From assembly GCF_022693705.1 (NCBI RefSeq), contig NZ_CP094288.1, positions 798,443 to 822,442 on the forward strand: DNA of 24,000 nt, given 5' to 3'. Under the pieces are notes generated by a model. The model made no database searches. It saw nothing but the letters and a program-made list of their open reading frames with translations, and was not told the origin of the DNA. Source of the DNA: Infirmifilum sp. NZ (GTDB taxonomy: Archaea; Thermoproteota; Thermoprotei; Thermofilales; Thermofilaceae). Both the position numbers and the translations under genes were made by a program. Positions 14,775-24,000 of the stretch are shown in pieces. Numbering within the stretch: position 1 is the first letter of the stretch; every line of letters starts with the position of its first letter.

Positions 14775-15815
14775 TTAGAACCCAAACCAGCTTTCAAGGG
14801 ATGTCTGCTTAAAGTAAGTCTTGTACGCTTTCTCGAGTCTTTCAAGCGCGTTCTCGACTCTCTCAACGGAGAATTGATGTTCGTCCACGAGAAGCTTTAT
14901 CACCTTTTCTCGGTCAGGTTCCCTCCACTGCAAGACGTATTTATCTGATACATCGGGTTTGAGGAAAATCTGCATGATCACATCGGGAGGAGTGTCGAAA
15001 TCCCACGGCACAGCCCTAAAAACCTTCTCAGGGTCTTGAAGCTCCTTTACAAGCTTTAAGGCTTTTTTGACCCCATAGCCCTTGACTCCTCCTGGGTTGT
15101 AATCCGTACCCACCAGGATGCCTAAAACCACTAGCTGTTCGCGAGTAATGCTGTGGAATGATAGGAGCTCTCCAAGCTCTATAATCTCCGGTTTGACCTC
15201 TACGTACACTTCCTTTCTAGGCAACTTCCTCCTTCCCGTAATGGCCAGATTACGGACAAGCCTCACCGCCCCGAATAAGAGCGAGTCATAGTCTTGGCTA
15301 CCCGATGCCCACGCGTCGCCTCTTTGCGTCATGTACGCGGCCTGAGCTTCACCCTCGCTCGGTGCCTGGACAAAGGGCACCCCCATGTATGTCAGAAGCC
15401 TTTTTGCGTCCTCAACCATGCTGCTTGTTAGCCGGCTTGTCTGCTGGGCGTAAACACGAGCCTCCTCTAAATCGCCTCTCTCGATAGCCGCAAGGTACTT
15501 CCTCTCAGCTTCAACCTTTATCTGCTGCCGCCTCTCCAGCTCCTTTAGCTTTACCTCCGGTGGTCTGCCGTCGAAAACATAAACGGGCTTGATCCCGTTT
15601 TCAATGAAGTTGATCGTCCTGTAGAAGAGACCGTTAAGATGACTCGTTACGTTCCCGTGAGCATCCATGAGAGGAGTCCCGTCCTTCTGCCTTATAGTAG
15701 CCAGGAACTGGTAAAGGCTGTTGTAAGCATCAATAGCAACAACCTTACCCGAAAGTGAACTTAATTCAACTTCCTTGGCGACCGGCTCAACAAGTTCCTT
15801 AAGGTCAACTCCCAT
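14775..15815 (-). CDS. fen: Flap endonuclease 1
   Basis: MGVDLKELV..., [39 protein letters not shown], and a C-terminal PIP-like QTSLESWF. Confidence 0.9.
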   Translation of the reverse strand: MGVDLKELVEPVAKEVELSSLSGKVVAIDAYNSLYQFLATIRQKDGTPLMDAHGNVTSHLNGLFYRTINFIENGIKPVYVFDGRPPEVKLKELERRQQIKVEAERKYLAAIERGDLEEARVYAQQTSRLTSSMVEDAKRLLTYMGVPFVQAPSEGEAQAAYMTQRGDAWASGSQDYDSLLFGAVRLVRNLAITGRRKLPRKEVYVEVKPEIIELGELLSFHSITREQLVVLGILVGTDYNPGGVKGYGVKKALKLVKELQDPEKVFRAVPWDFDTPPDVIMQIFLKPDVSDKYVLQWREPDREKVIKLLVDEHQFSVERVENALERLEKAYKTYFKQTSLESWFGF

Positions 15816-16071
15816 TATCCTCGCCCCGATAATTTCTATTTGTACTGCTCTGAATTAATTGGACAGATCTCAAGTTTCTCCTCACGAATGTGACTCTCAC
15901 CATCCCACGAGTCTCGAGAATTAAAAGCAACTTGTTAAACTCCTTTGGGGTGATCTCTAAGCCATCCTCAGATCTGAGAAGCTTAGAGACGCTTTCAAAT
16001 AACTCTTTATCACTTGCTTGCCCGCCTCTTCGCTGTAGCTCGGAAAGTATGAGGGATATAACGACGCTCAT
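15805..16071 (-). CDS. Small hypothetical protein (88 aa), possibly winged-helix-like
   Basis: ATG 16071 ([32 protein letters not shown]...) lies 5 nt after the cdc48 stop, and the ORF's 3' end overlaps the fen start by 11 nt. The function is a guess from size and composition only. Confidence 0.4.
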   Translation of the reverse strand: MSVVISLILSELQRRGGQASDKELFESVSKLLRSEDGLEITPKEFNKLLLILETRGMVRVTFVRRNLRSVQLIQSSTNRNYRGEDNGS

Positions 16072-16076
16072 CGCGC

Positions 16077-18281
<2,205 letters not shown>

Positions 18282-18524
18282 TCACCAGAAGCTATACTTA
18301 CCAACACGTAGGGGCATATAAAAACTCTGCCACACTCTCGTGTACGCCAAGGTGTTCCTTAGAGAGCTCTCTCAGACTAGCTAGACGAAAGCAGGTCTTA
18401 TAAAAACAAGGCCCCCACTACTCCCCATCTCCTTGCAAATCACATGGGAAAAACTAAGAGTTGAGTGTTGGGATCAAAAGCAAAGCTTATAGCTAAGGAA
18501 CCTATCCCCTCTCCAGGTGCTGGC

Positions 18525-19313
18525 ATGAGTTCGGATAACAGACAATTCGTGTTAGTGAACTACACGATAAGCGTAGTCGACGAGAGCGGAGAAAAAGTCG
18601 TAGACACCACAATTGAGGAAGTAGCAAGAGAGCACAACCTCTCAACGCAAAACATTTTCGAGCCCGAGCTGGTTATTGTAGGTGAGGGTCTCCTCTTTAA
18701 GCCTATTGAAGACGCTCTACGGGAAATGAAAGAGGGAGAAACCAAAGAAGTCATCCTCGAGCCATCTCAGGCGTTCGGTGAAAGAGATCCAAAGAATATC
18801 AGGGTGATACCCGCGCGCGAGTTCACTCGGCAGGGAGTTATACCCCGGGTAGGCGAAGAGGTCGAGATTGGGGGTCAAAGAGGTAGGATCATCAGAGTCG
18901 GAGGGGGGCGTGTAACCGTAGACTTCAACCACCCGTTTGCTGGCAAGAAGGTAAAAGCAACGCTTAAACTTGAGAAAGTTCTCAGTAGCGACGAGGAGAA
19001 AATCCGAGAGCTTTTCCACAGGTGGTTTAGAGGTGTTCCTAGAGAACAGATAACCGTTGAGAAAAAAGATGCCGAGGTTACAGTGGGCATCCCCACTACG
19101 GCTCTGCTTCACGACAATGCCTACCAACTATTAAACGCGTTCATTAGAGACGTCCAGAAGTACCTTCCCAGCGTCCATTCAGTGAACGTAGTGTTCACGT
19201 TTAAGCTGGAACGAGAGCCAGCTAAAGAACCTACCCAGGCTCCTGCTGCGCAACCCTCCCAAGAAGCTTCCGCCTCGCAAGAAGCCAAATCCGCGGAGAA
19301 GGAGGATCAATAA
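18525..19313 (+). CDS. FKBP-type peptidyl-prolyl cis-trans isomerase, long archaeal type
   Basis: VLVNYTISVVDESGEKVVDTT..., the IF-insert region, then GGRVTVDFNHPFAGKKVKATLKLEKV (FKBP signature), followed by a C-terminal domain and a low-complexity acidic/Ala-Gln tail. ATG 18525 is preferred over TTG 18465. Confidence 0.8.
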   Translation: MSSDNRQFVLVNYTISVVDESGEKVVDTTIEEVAREHNLSTQNIFEPELVIVGEGLLFKPIEDALREMKEGETKEVILEPSQAFGERDPKNIRVIPAREFTRQGVIPRVGEEVEIGGQRGRIIRVGGGRVTVDFNHPFAGKKVKATLKLEKVLSSDEEKIRELFHRWFRGVPREQITVEKKDAEVTVGIPTTALLHDNAYQLLNAFIRDVQKYLPSVHSVNVVFTFKLEREPAKEPTQAPAAQPSQEASASQEAKSAEKEDQ

Positions 19314-19698
19314 ACTCTACTTCCACAAGCGAAAAACCACTCCCCACTTTTTCGATCTCCCTTAGGATTCGTATACGCTCTCCTTCTTCAATAAAGACGG
19401 GGGTGCACTCTTCGACGCCCTTATCGCAGCCAGGTCTCCGGTAGTAAACCACAGCACCCGGCATGACGTCTCTAGAGCTTAAAACCAGCTTAGCAGGCAG
19501 CTCTTCGACCTCAACTGTTATCAGGTCTTCAGCAAGAGCAGGGCAATGTACCACGTGTTTACGCACACCTACAACCCTGTAGCTTACAAGTGGTCGTAGA
19601 TTCCCCAAGCACGCATTGAAAAAGGGGCACTCTAGACACTTAGACGTGACCAATGGCTGAAAGACTATTCCAGGCTTGGCGAAGAGCGACGTCACCAT
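19231..19698 (-). CDS. UPF0179-family Cys-rich protein
   Basis: MVTSLFAKPGIVFQPLVTSKCLECPFFNACLGNLRPLVSYRVVGVRKHVVHCPALAEDLITVEVEE follows the UPF0179 pattern (C..C....C ... HxCP). The start is at ATG 19698 or 19719. Confidence 0.55.
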   Translation of the reverse strand: MVTSLFAKPGIVFQPLVTSKCLECPFFNACLGNLRPLVSYRVVGVRKHVVHCPALAEDLITVEVEELPAKLVLSSRDVMPGAVVYYRRPGCDKGVEECTPVFIEEGERIRILREIEKVGSGFSLVEVEFIDPPSPRIWLLARRKLLGRVAQQEPG

Positions 19699-19767
19699 TG
19701 AAACTGCGCGACGCGGCATAGTGCTCTTTTTATACCTGCTTTAATCATTTTACTTTTGCGCTTTGGT

Positions 19768-20373
19768 ATGTCTGACGGAAAACTCCCTCCAGGTGTCCTC
19801 AAAGGAACGACCACGGTAGGGATAACTGGGAAAGATTTCGTCGTCCTGGCGGCTGACAGAAGAGCCACTAGTGGGTACTTCATCGCAAGCAAGCAAGTTT
19901 GGAAGATACTCGAAGTAGACTCGCACATCGCAGTCACTATAGCTGGTGCGGTGGGAGATGCTCAACAGCTCGTTGAACGGTTAAGGGCGGAGGCAAGGTA
20001 CTATAGAGCAACCAACGGCGAGGGCATTTCCGTGAGAAGTTTGGCGACACTCGCTTCGGTGATCCTCTTCAACTACAGACCAATACTATCAGTTCAGATG
20101 CTCATCGGTGGAATTGACAGTGAAGGTCCTTCACTATACTCGCTGGACTGGCTTGGAACTCTCACGCGTGAAAAGTTCACCGCGACGGGTTCAGGATCAC
20201 CCTTCGCAGTATCCATGCTAGAGCACGAGTACAGGGATGACTTATCGCTGGACGAGGCAGTCCAGCTTGCTGTAAAGGCCGTCAGGATAGCGCTTGCCAG
20301 AGACCCTGGTAGCGGTGAAGGTGTAGATGTTGCTACTATAACGAGAAGCGGCATTTCGTTCAAACGCACGTAG
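19768..20373 (+). CDS. psmB: Proteasome subunit beta
   Basis: A short propeptide is followed by the catalytic Thr in LKG|[23 protein letters not shown], then GSGS..A. ATG 19768 is preferred over TTG 19756. Confidence 0.9.
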   Translation: MSDGKLPPGVLKGTTTVGITGKDFVVLAADRRATSGYFIASKQVWKILEVDSHIAVTIAGAVGDAQQLVERLRAEARYYRATNGEGISVRSLATLASVILFNYRPILSVQMLIGGIDSEGPSLYSLDWLGTLTREKFTATGSGSPFAVSMLEHEYRDDLSLDEAVQLAVKAVRIALARDPGSGEGVDVATITRSGISFKRT

Positions 20374-20426
20374 AAAAGTATTTAAAGACGTCTGGAATTA
20401 GGACACACACTTCTGTTCTCTGCAAG

Positions 20427-22355
20427 GTGAAGATTTTGGAAGTTGTAACGTCAGTAGCTCGGGAAGTCAGGGAGGCGATATTCAGCAATCTCCCACCCGG
20501 TGCGGAGATCACAAAGGTGGATTTCGAAGGACCACGAATAGCCATCTACACTAGGAGACCCCAGGTCTTTCTCGAGAATGACAGCGAGCTCGTTAAGAGA
20601 ATAGCTAAAACTGTCCGAAAGAGAGTCATCGTGAGGGGAGATGACGCATCTAGACTAGACGAGAAGACTGCACGAGATATAATACTCTCACTGATACCGA
20701 AAGAGGCTGGTCTAAAAGATCTCTACTTCAACGAAGCGATAGGTGAAGTCGAGATAGAGCTTCTCTACCCTGAGAAGGTTAGTCAAGAGACTTTGAACAG
20801 AATTTTCATCGACACTCTTTGGTATCCGCGCGTCCTTCGCAGACCCCCCATTGTTAGCAGAAGCGTACGCGAGATACGCGAGATCTATCGTGCCGAAGTC
20901 GAAAGCAGGAGAAAGTTCCTGAAAGAGCTCGGCAATAGAGTTTACCGAAAGCCCGTTTTTGAGACGGATCGAGTAAGAGTTGTCGCGCTCGGAGCTTTCC
21001 AGGAAGTAGGCAGAAGCGCTATTCTGGTTCAAACGCCAGAGGCGAATATACTCCTAGATGCTGGGCTAAAACCCACAGGAAACTCTGACGAGCTACCGAT
21101 GTTTGACTTGCCTGAGTTCGATGTCGACTCTCTCGATGCTGTTGTCATAACGCATGCCCATCTCGACCACGTCGGAGCACTACCAGTACTGTTCAAGTAT
21201 GGATACAAGGGACCTGTGTACATGACTGAGCCTACGCTCCACTTGTCTAAGCTACTCTTCGAGGATTACATAAAGGTCTCTGAGCGCGAAGGCAGGCCTC
21301 AACTTTTCTCAGCAAGGGAAATATCGTCGATAATACTCCACACGTACGCTCTTGGCTACGGAGAAGTTACGGATATAGCCCCAGAGGTAAAGCTCACTCT
21401 CTACCGAGCTGGGCACATCCTAGGCTCAGCTCTGGTTCACCTCCACATAGGTGAGGGCCTTATTAACCTCGTCTACACTGGCGACATGAAGTTCGCGAGA
21501 ACCATGCTGCTCGACCCAGCACACACCAAGTTTCCAAGAGCAGAGGTTCTGATAATGGAATCCACCTACGGTAGCAGGAGCGATGTTTTGCCGAGCGAGG
21601 AGGAAGCCCGTCTCGAGCTAGCTAAGATCATCCTCGAAACCATAGAGAAGAAGGGGATTGTGCTTATACCTGTCCTGGCCGTTGGGAGAGCCCAGGAGGT
21701 CCTCCTTGCAATACTCGACCTTATTCGAAATAAAATCATTCCACCTCTTCCAATTTACATCGAAGGTATGATAGACGAGGTTTCCGCGGTGCATATGACC
21801 TTCCCAGAGTACCTTTCCGTAACCGTTAGAAACCTGATATACAACGACCAGAATCCTTTCACTTCCGAAAACATACACATCTACCGCGGTGAAAACAAGG
21901 AAGAGGTGGCCAGCACAAGACCAGCGGTAATCCTAGCAACTTCCGGTATGCTCACGGGTGGTCCTGTGCTCGAATACCTGAAGATACTTTCAGACGACGC
22001 CAACAGTAGCTTGGTATTTGTGAGCTACCAAGTTGAGGGTACACTTGGAAGAAAGATACTTCAGGGACTGCGGAAATTGACGTTCCTTGATGAGGGGGGC
22101 AGAGTTGTCACAAAGGAGTTGAAGATGGGCGTGTACAGAGTTGAAGGTTTCTCAGGCCACAGCGACAGAAGGCAGCTAGAGGCCTACCTAAGAAGAGTTG
22201 AGCCTACCCCGCGAACGGTGATACTGAATCACGGCGAGAGAAGCAAGATTGAAGAGTTTCGATCCTATCTTCTCAGCGACTGGTTCAGGAAGAAAACCCA
22301 TTTGAACTTCAATGTGTTGACTCCGCAGAATGCGGAGAGCGTTAGGATAGTTTAA
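20427..22355 (+). CDS. aCPSF1-type beta-CASP ribonuclease (N-terminal KH domains + metallo-beta-lactamase/beta-CASP)
   Basis: The 642-aa size and architecture are typical of archaeal CPSF1. The N-terminus has a KH-like region, followed by VITHAHLDHVGALP (HxHxDH), ESTYG and GFSGHSD. GTG start. Confidence 0.85.
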   Translation: MKILEVVTSVAREVREAIFSNLPPGAEITKVDFEGPRIAIYTRRPQVFLENDSELVKRIAKTVRKRVIVRGDDASRLDEKTARDIILSLIPKEAGLKDLYFNEAIGEVEIELLYPEKVSQETLNRIFIDTLWYPRVLRRPPIVSRSVREIREIYRAEVESRRKFLKELGNRVYRKPVFETDRVRVVALGAFQEVGRSAILVQTPEANILLDAGLKPTGNSDELPMFDLPEFDVDSLDAVVITHAHLDHVGALPVLFKYGYKGPVYMTEPTLHLSKLLFEDYIKVSEREGRPQLFSAREISSIILHTYALGYGEVTDIAPEVKLTLYRAGHILGSALVHLHIGEGLINLVYTGDMKFARTMLLDPAHTKFPRAEVLIMESTYGSRSDVLPSEEEARLELAKIILETIEKKGIVLIPVLAVGRAQEVLLAILDLIRNKIIPPLPIYIEGMIDEVSAVHMTFPEYLSVTVRNLIYNDQNPFTSENIHIYRGENKEEVASTRPAVILATSGMLTGGPVLEYLKILSDDANSSLVFVSYQVEGTLGRKILQGLRKLTFLDEGGRVVTKELKMGVYRVEGFSGHSDRRQLEAYLRRVEPTPRTVILNHGERSKIEEFRSYLLSDWFRKKTHLNFNVLTPQNAESVRIV

Positions 22356-22864
22356 GACAGGGAAAGCTGCCATATATCGTCATTGAGGTAGTGCAGGTTT
22401 TTAATGGCTTTACCCTTATGCGCAGCTCTCAACTCTTGTGACGACATCAAGCTGACTCCTATTGCGATTACTCTACCTTTATCGTGATCCCTCACGAGGA
22501 TCTTTGACCCTGCGTCGAATTCGCCCTCGATCATCTTAATGCCCGGAACCATGACATCGGCCCCGTTGAGAATGTGTGGTATGGCCCCTTGGTCAACGTA
22601 GACTGACGGATAGCTGGGAGTAATACCCTTCCGGTATATAAGGTAGAGGCTCGGAACCAGACCCACGTTTTCGAACCTGGCTAAGGTGACCATCCCGTCA
22701 ACGAAATAAAGTTCAGTCAGACTCGCATGCTTTAACTTGGCCACTTCCACGTTCTCACTCGAATCGATCAAGCCTGCTACCTCAGCGCCAACTTCCCTCA
22801 TGGCTTCCTCAAAAAGCGCTTTCTTGTCCTTCTTGCTCAGTTTGTACCTTGTCACGATCTTCAA
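22352..22864 (-). CDS. PUA-domain RNA-binding protein (MCT-1/Tma20-like, COG2016)
   Basis: N-terminal ...RYKLSKKDKKALFEE and a C-terminal PUA-like ILNGADVMVPGI...GSKILVRDHDKGRVIAIGVSLMSSQEL. The start is uncertain (TTG 22864, GTG 22855 or GTG 22891). Every choice overlaps the 3' end of the upstream endonuclease gene. Confidence 0.65.
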   Translation of the reverse strand: MKIVTRYKLSKKDKKALFEEAMREVGAEVAGLIDSSENVEVAKLKHASLTELYFVDGMVTLARFENVGLVPSLYLIYRKGITPSYPSVYVDQGAIPHILNGADVMVPGIKMIEGEFDAGSKILVRDHDKGRVIAIGVSLMSSQELRAAHKGKAIKNLHYLNDDIWQLSLS

Positions 22865-23411
22865 CTTCTGGGAGCTTGCCACGCAACACACCCTCTACGG
22901 TATAGTATGAGATAACCCCCTCTTTATCAACTATTGCCAATACGAGTTCCCGATCGCTCTCAAGCGCTCTTCGAAACATTTCCTCAAACTCCTTAAAACT
23001 AAGCCTAGCTCCTTCCTTCACGACCCTCACAAGGTATCTTCGCACCTTATCCTTCCTCTTCCAGTCAATAAGAAATTCCAAGGGAGCAACACCGGGAAAA
23101 ACCATAAGAGCACGGTTTCTTAGATCCGAGTACACGTTGAGCTTCGTCCAAAAGTCAGGATCAGCCTTGCTCCCCAAAGTTACTATGGAGTCAAAGTGGA
23201 GCTCTTCACCCGAATCATCAACAGCCAGTAGCAACCCTCTATACATAAGGTAAGCAGCCTCTAGGAGCGACAACTTAAGGCACTCAGCCTCTCGTAGACC
23301 ATAACCTCTATCAGCCAGAAAGGAGACCGCCTCCTCGCCGCACACAACCACATAGCCCCCTGCCAATTTTCCTCTAAAGGGTTCTCTTTCAGCGCCCCTT
23401 TCTTGCTCCAC
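22809..23411 (-). CDS. endA: tRNA-splicing endonuclease family subunit, probably the non-catalytic (structural, beta-type) subunit
   Basis: It is colinear with archaeal EndA: GKLAGGYVVVCGEEAVSFLADRGYG...LKLSLLEAAYLMYRGLLLAV...NVYSDLRNRALMV...RYLVRVV...FRRALESDRELVLAIVDKEGVISYYTV. At the positions of the EndA catalytic Tyr/His/Lys (Y115/H125/K156 in the M. jannaschii enzyme as I recall it), this protein has W, R and R/E (FLIDW, VRRYLV, SDRELV). Confidence 0.6.
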   Translation of the reverse strand: MEQERGAEREPFRGKLAGGYVVVCGEEAVSFLADRGYGLREAECLKLSLLEAAYLMYRGLLLAVDDSGEELHFDSIVTLGSKADPDFWTKLNVYSDLRNRALMVFPGVAPLEFLIDWKRKDKVRRYLVRVVKEGARLSFKEFEEMFRRALESDRELVLAIVDKEGVISYYTVEGVLRGKLPEVEDRDKVQTEQEGQESAF

Positions 23412-23490
23412 ATGCGTACTCGATAGCGAACGATATAAAACGTTTCTCTAAGGCTAAATTATTTTAGGCACCCTTGAGAAAGCTCCTACA

Positions 23491-24000
23491 ATGACTACGA
23501 TTGAGGTGCATAAAAAGGAGGCTCCAAGCACTGTAAGATTTGCATTTGTAACTGTGAGCACATCTAGGTATCTCGCCTCGCGGATGGGAGGAAGCGTGGA
23601 AGATGTTTCCTTCATGAAAGCAAGGGAGATAATTGAAAGGAGCGGTCATAAGTTGACGCGTTATGTTCTCGTCCCTGACAACCCTCGTCTTATACTCTTA
23701 GCAATAGATACTCTATTGGATGAGCCGGACGTTGATGAGATCATCGTAAGCGGGGGCACAGGACCCACGCCAGACGATCTAACTGTTCAAACCGTGAGAC
23801 CTTTGTTTGAAAAAGAGCTAGAAGGGTTTGGGGACCTATTCAGGTTTGTGAGCTTTAAGGAAGCCGGCTCATCCAGTTTCCTCTCTAACTCCACCGCCGG
23901 GATTGTACGCGGTAAAATTATCTTCTGTATTCCCGGGTCGCCAGGGGCTGTCGAGACCGCTTTAAGGGAGCTCATCGTCCCGGAGGCTGGCCACGTCTTA
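23491..24000 (+). CDS. moaB: Molybdenum cofactor biosynthesis protein B-like (MoaB/MogA family), C-terminus beyond the window
   Basis: Not in the ORF track because there is no stop in the window. ATG 23491 opens MTTIEVHKKEAPSTVRFAFVTVSTSR...IIVSGGTGPTPDDLTVQTVRPLFEKELEGFGDLFR...FCIPGSPGAVETAL, showing the MoCF-biosynthesis domain signatures GGTG.T..D and PG.P.A. Confidence 0.7.
   Translation, partial: MTTIEVHKKEAPSTVRFAFVTVSTSRYLASRMGGSVEDVSFMKAREIIERSGHKLTRYVLVPDNPRLILLAIDTLLDEPDVDEIIVSGGTGPTPDDLTVQTVRPLFEKELEGFGDLFRFVSFKEAGSSSFLSNSTAGIVRGKIIFCIPGSPGAVETALRELIVPEAGHVL

Noticed and set aside
14768-14866. N-terminal 33-codon extension of the DUF371 ORF overlapping the fen 3' end.
   Set aside because: It is Arg/Ser/Lys-rich and not conserved-looking. 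The DUF371 signature begins right after the internal ATG 14767, which lies 7 nt downstream of the fen stop.
22809-22891. Overlap of 47-83 nt between the endonuclease-subunit gene and the PUA-protein gene, considered as a notable feature.
   Set aside because: The overlap size depends entirely on which alternative start codon (GTG 22891, TTG 22864 or GTG 22855) is used, and this cannot be resolved from sequence alone.

Overview
This looks like a core chromosomal region of a hyperthermophilic crenarchaeote (TACK archaeon), inferred from gene content and tRNA intron style. The species cannot be named without a search. It is packed with information-processing genes: rpoH-rpoB (rpoB partial), GlyRS, rpoK, a thermosome subunit, signal peptidase, TBP, an Ard1/RimI-type acetyltransferase, L40e, family-B DNA polymerase, FEN1, CDC48/VCP, a long FKBP, proteasome beta, aCPSF1, a PUA protein, a tRNA-splicing-endonuclease family subunit and MoaB (partial). 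There are two tRNA clusters with six tRNA genes in total. Five of the six carry bulge-helix-bulge (BHB) introns, six introns altogether, three of them at non-canonical positions. One C/D box sRNA sits between tRNAs, and there is a candidate H/ACA sRNA. The most interesting observation is in the TBP gene. Its two halves lie in different reading frames, separated by 29 nt. Those 29 nt fold into a geometrically exact BHB splicing motif, and the predicted cleavage sites restore the conserved SPEQFPGLV junction. That makes it a candidate tRNA-type intron in an essential protein-coding gene, and an endonuclease-family subunit gene lies in the same window. A second unexplained element is a G+C-rich, ORF-free stretch of about 380 nt (12640-13030) with long-range complementarity. 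It could be a structured RNA or a decayed gene. No CRISPR array, transposase or obvious mobile element was seen.
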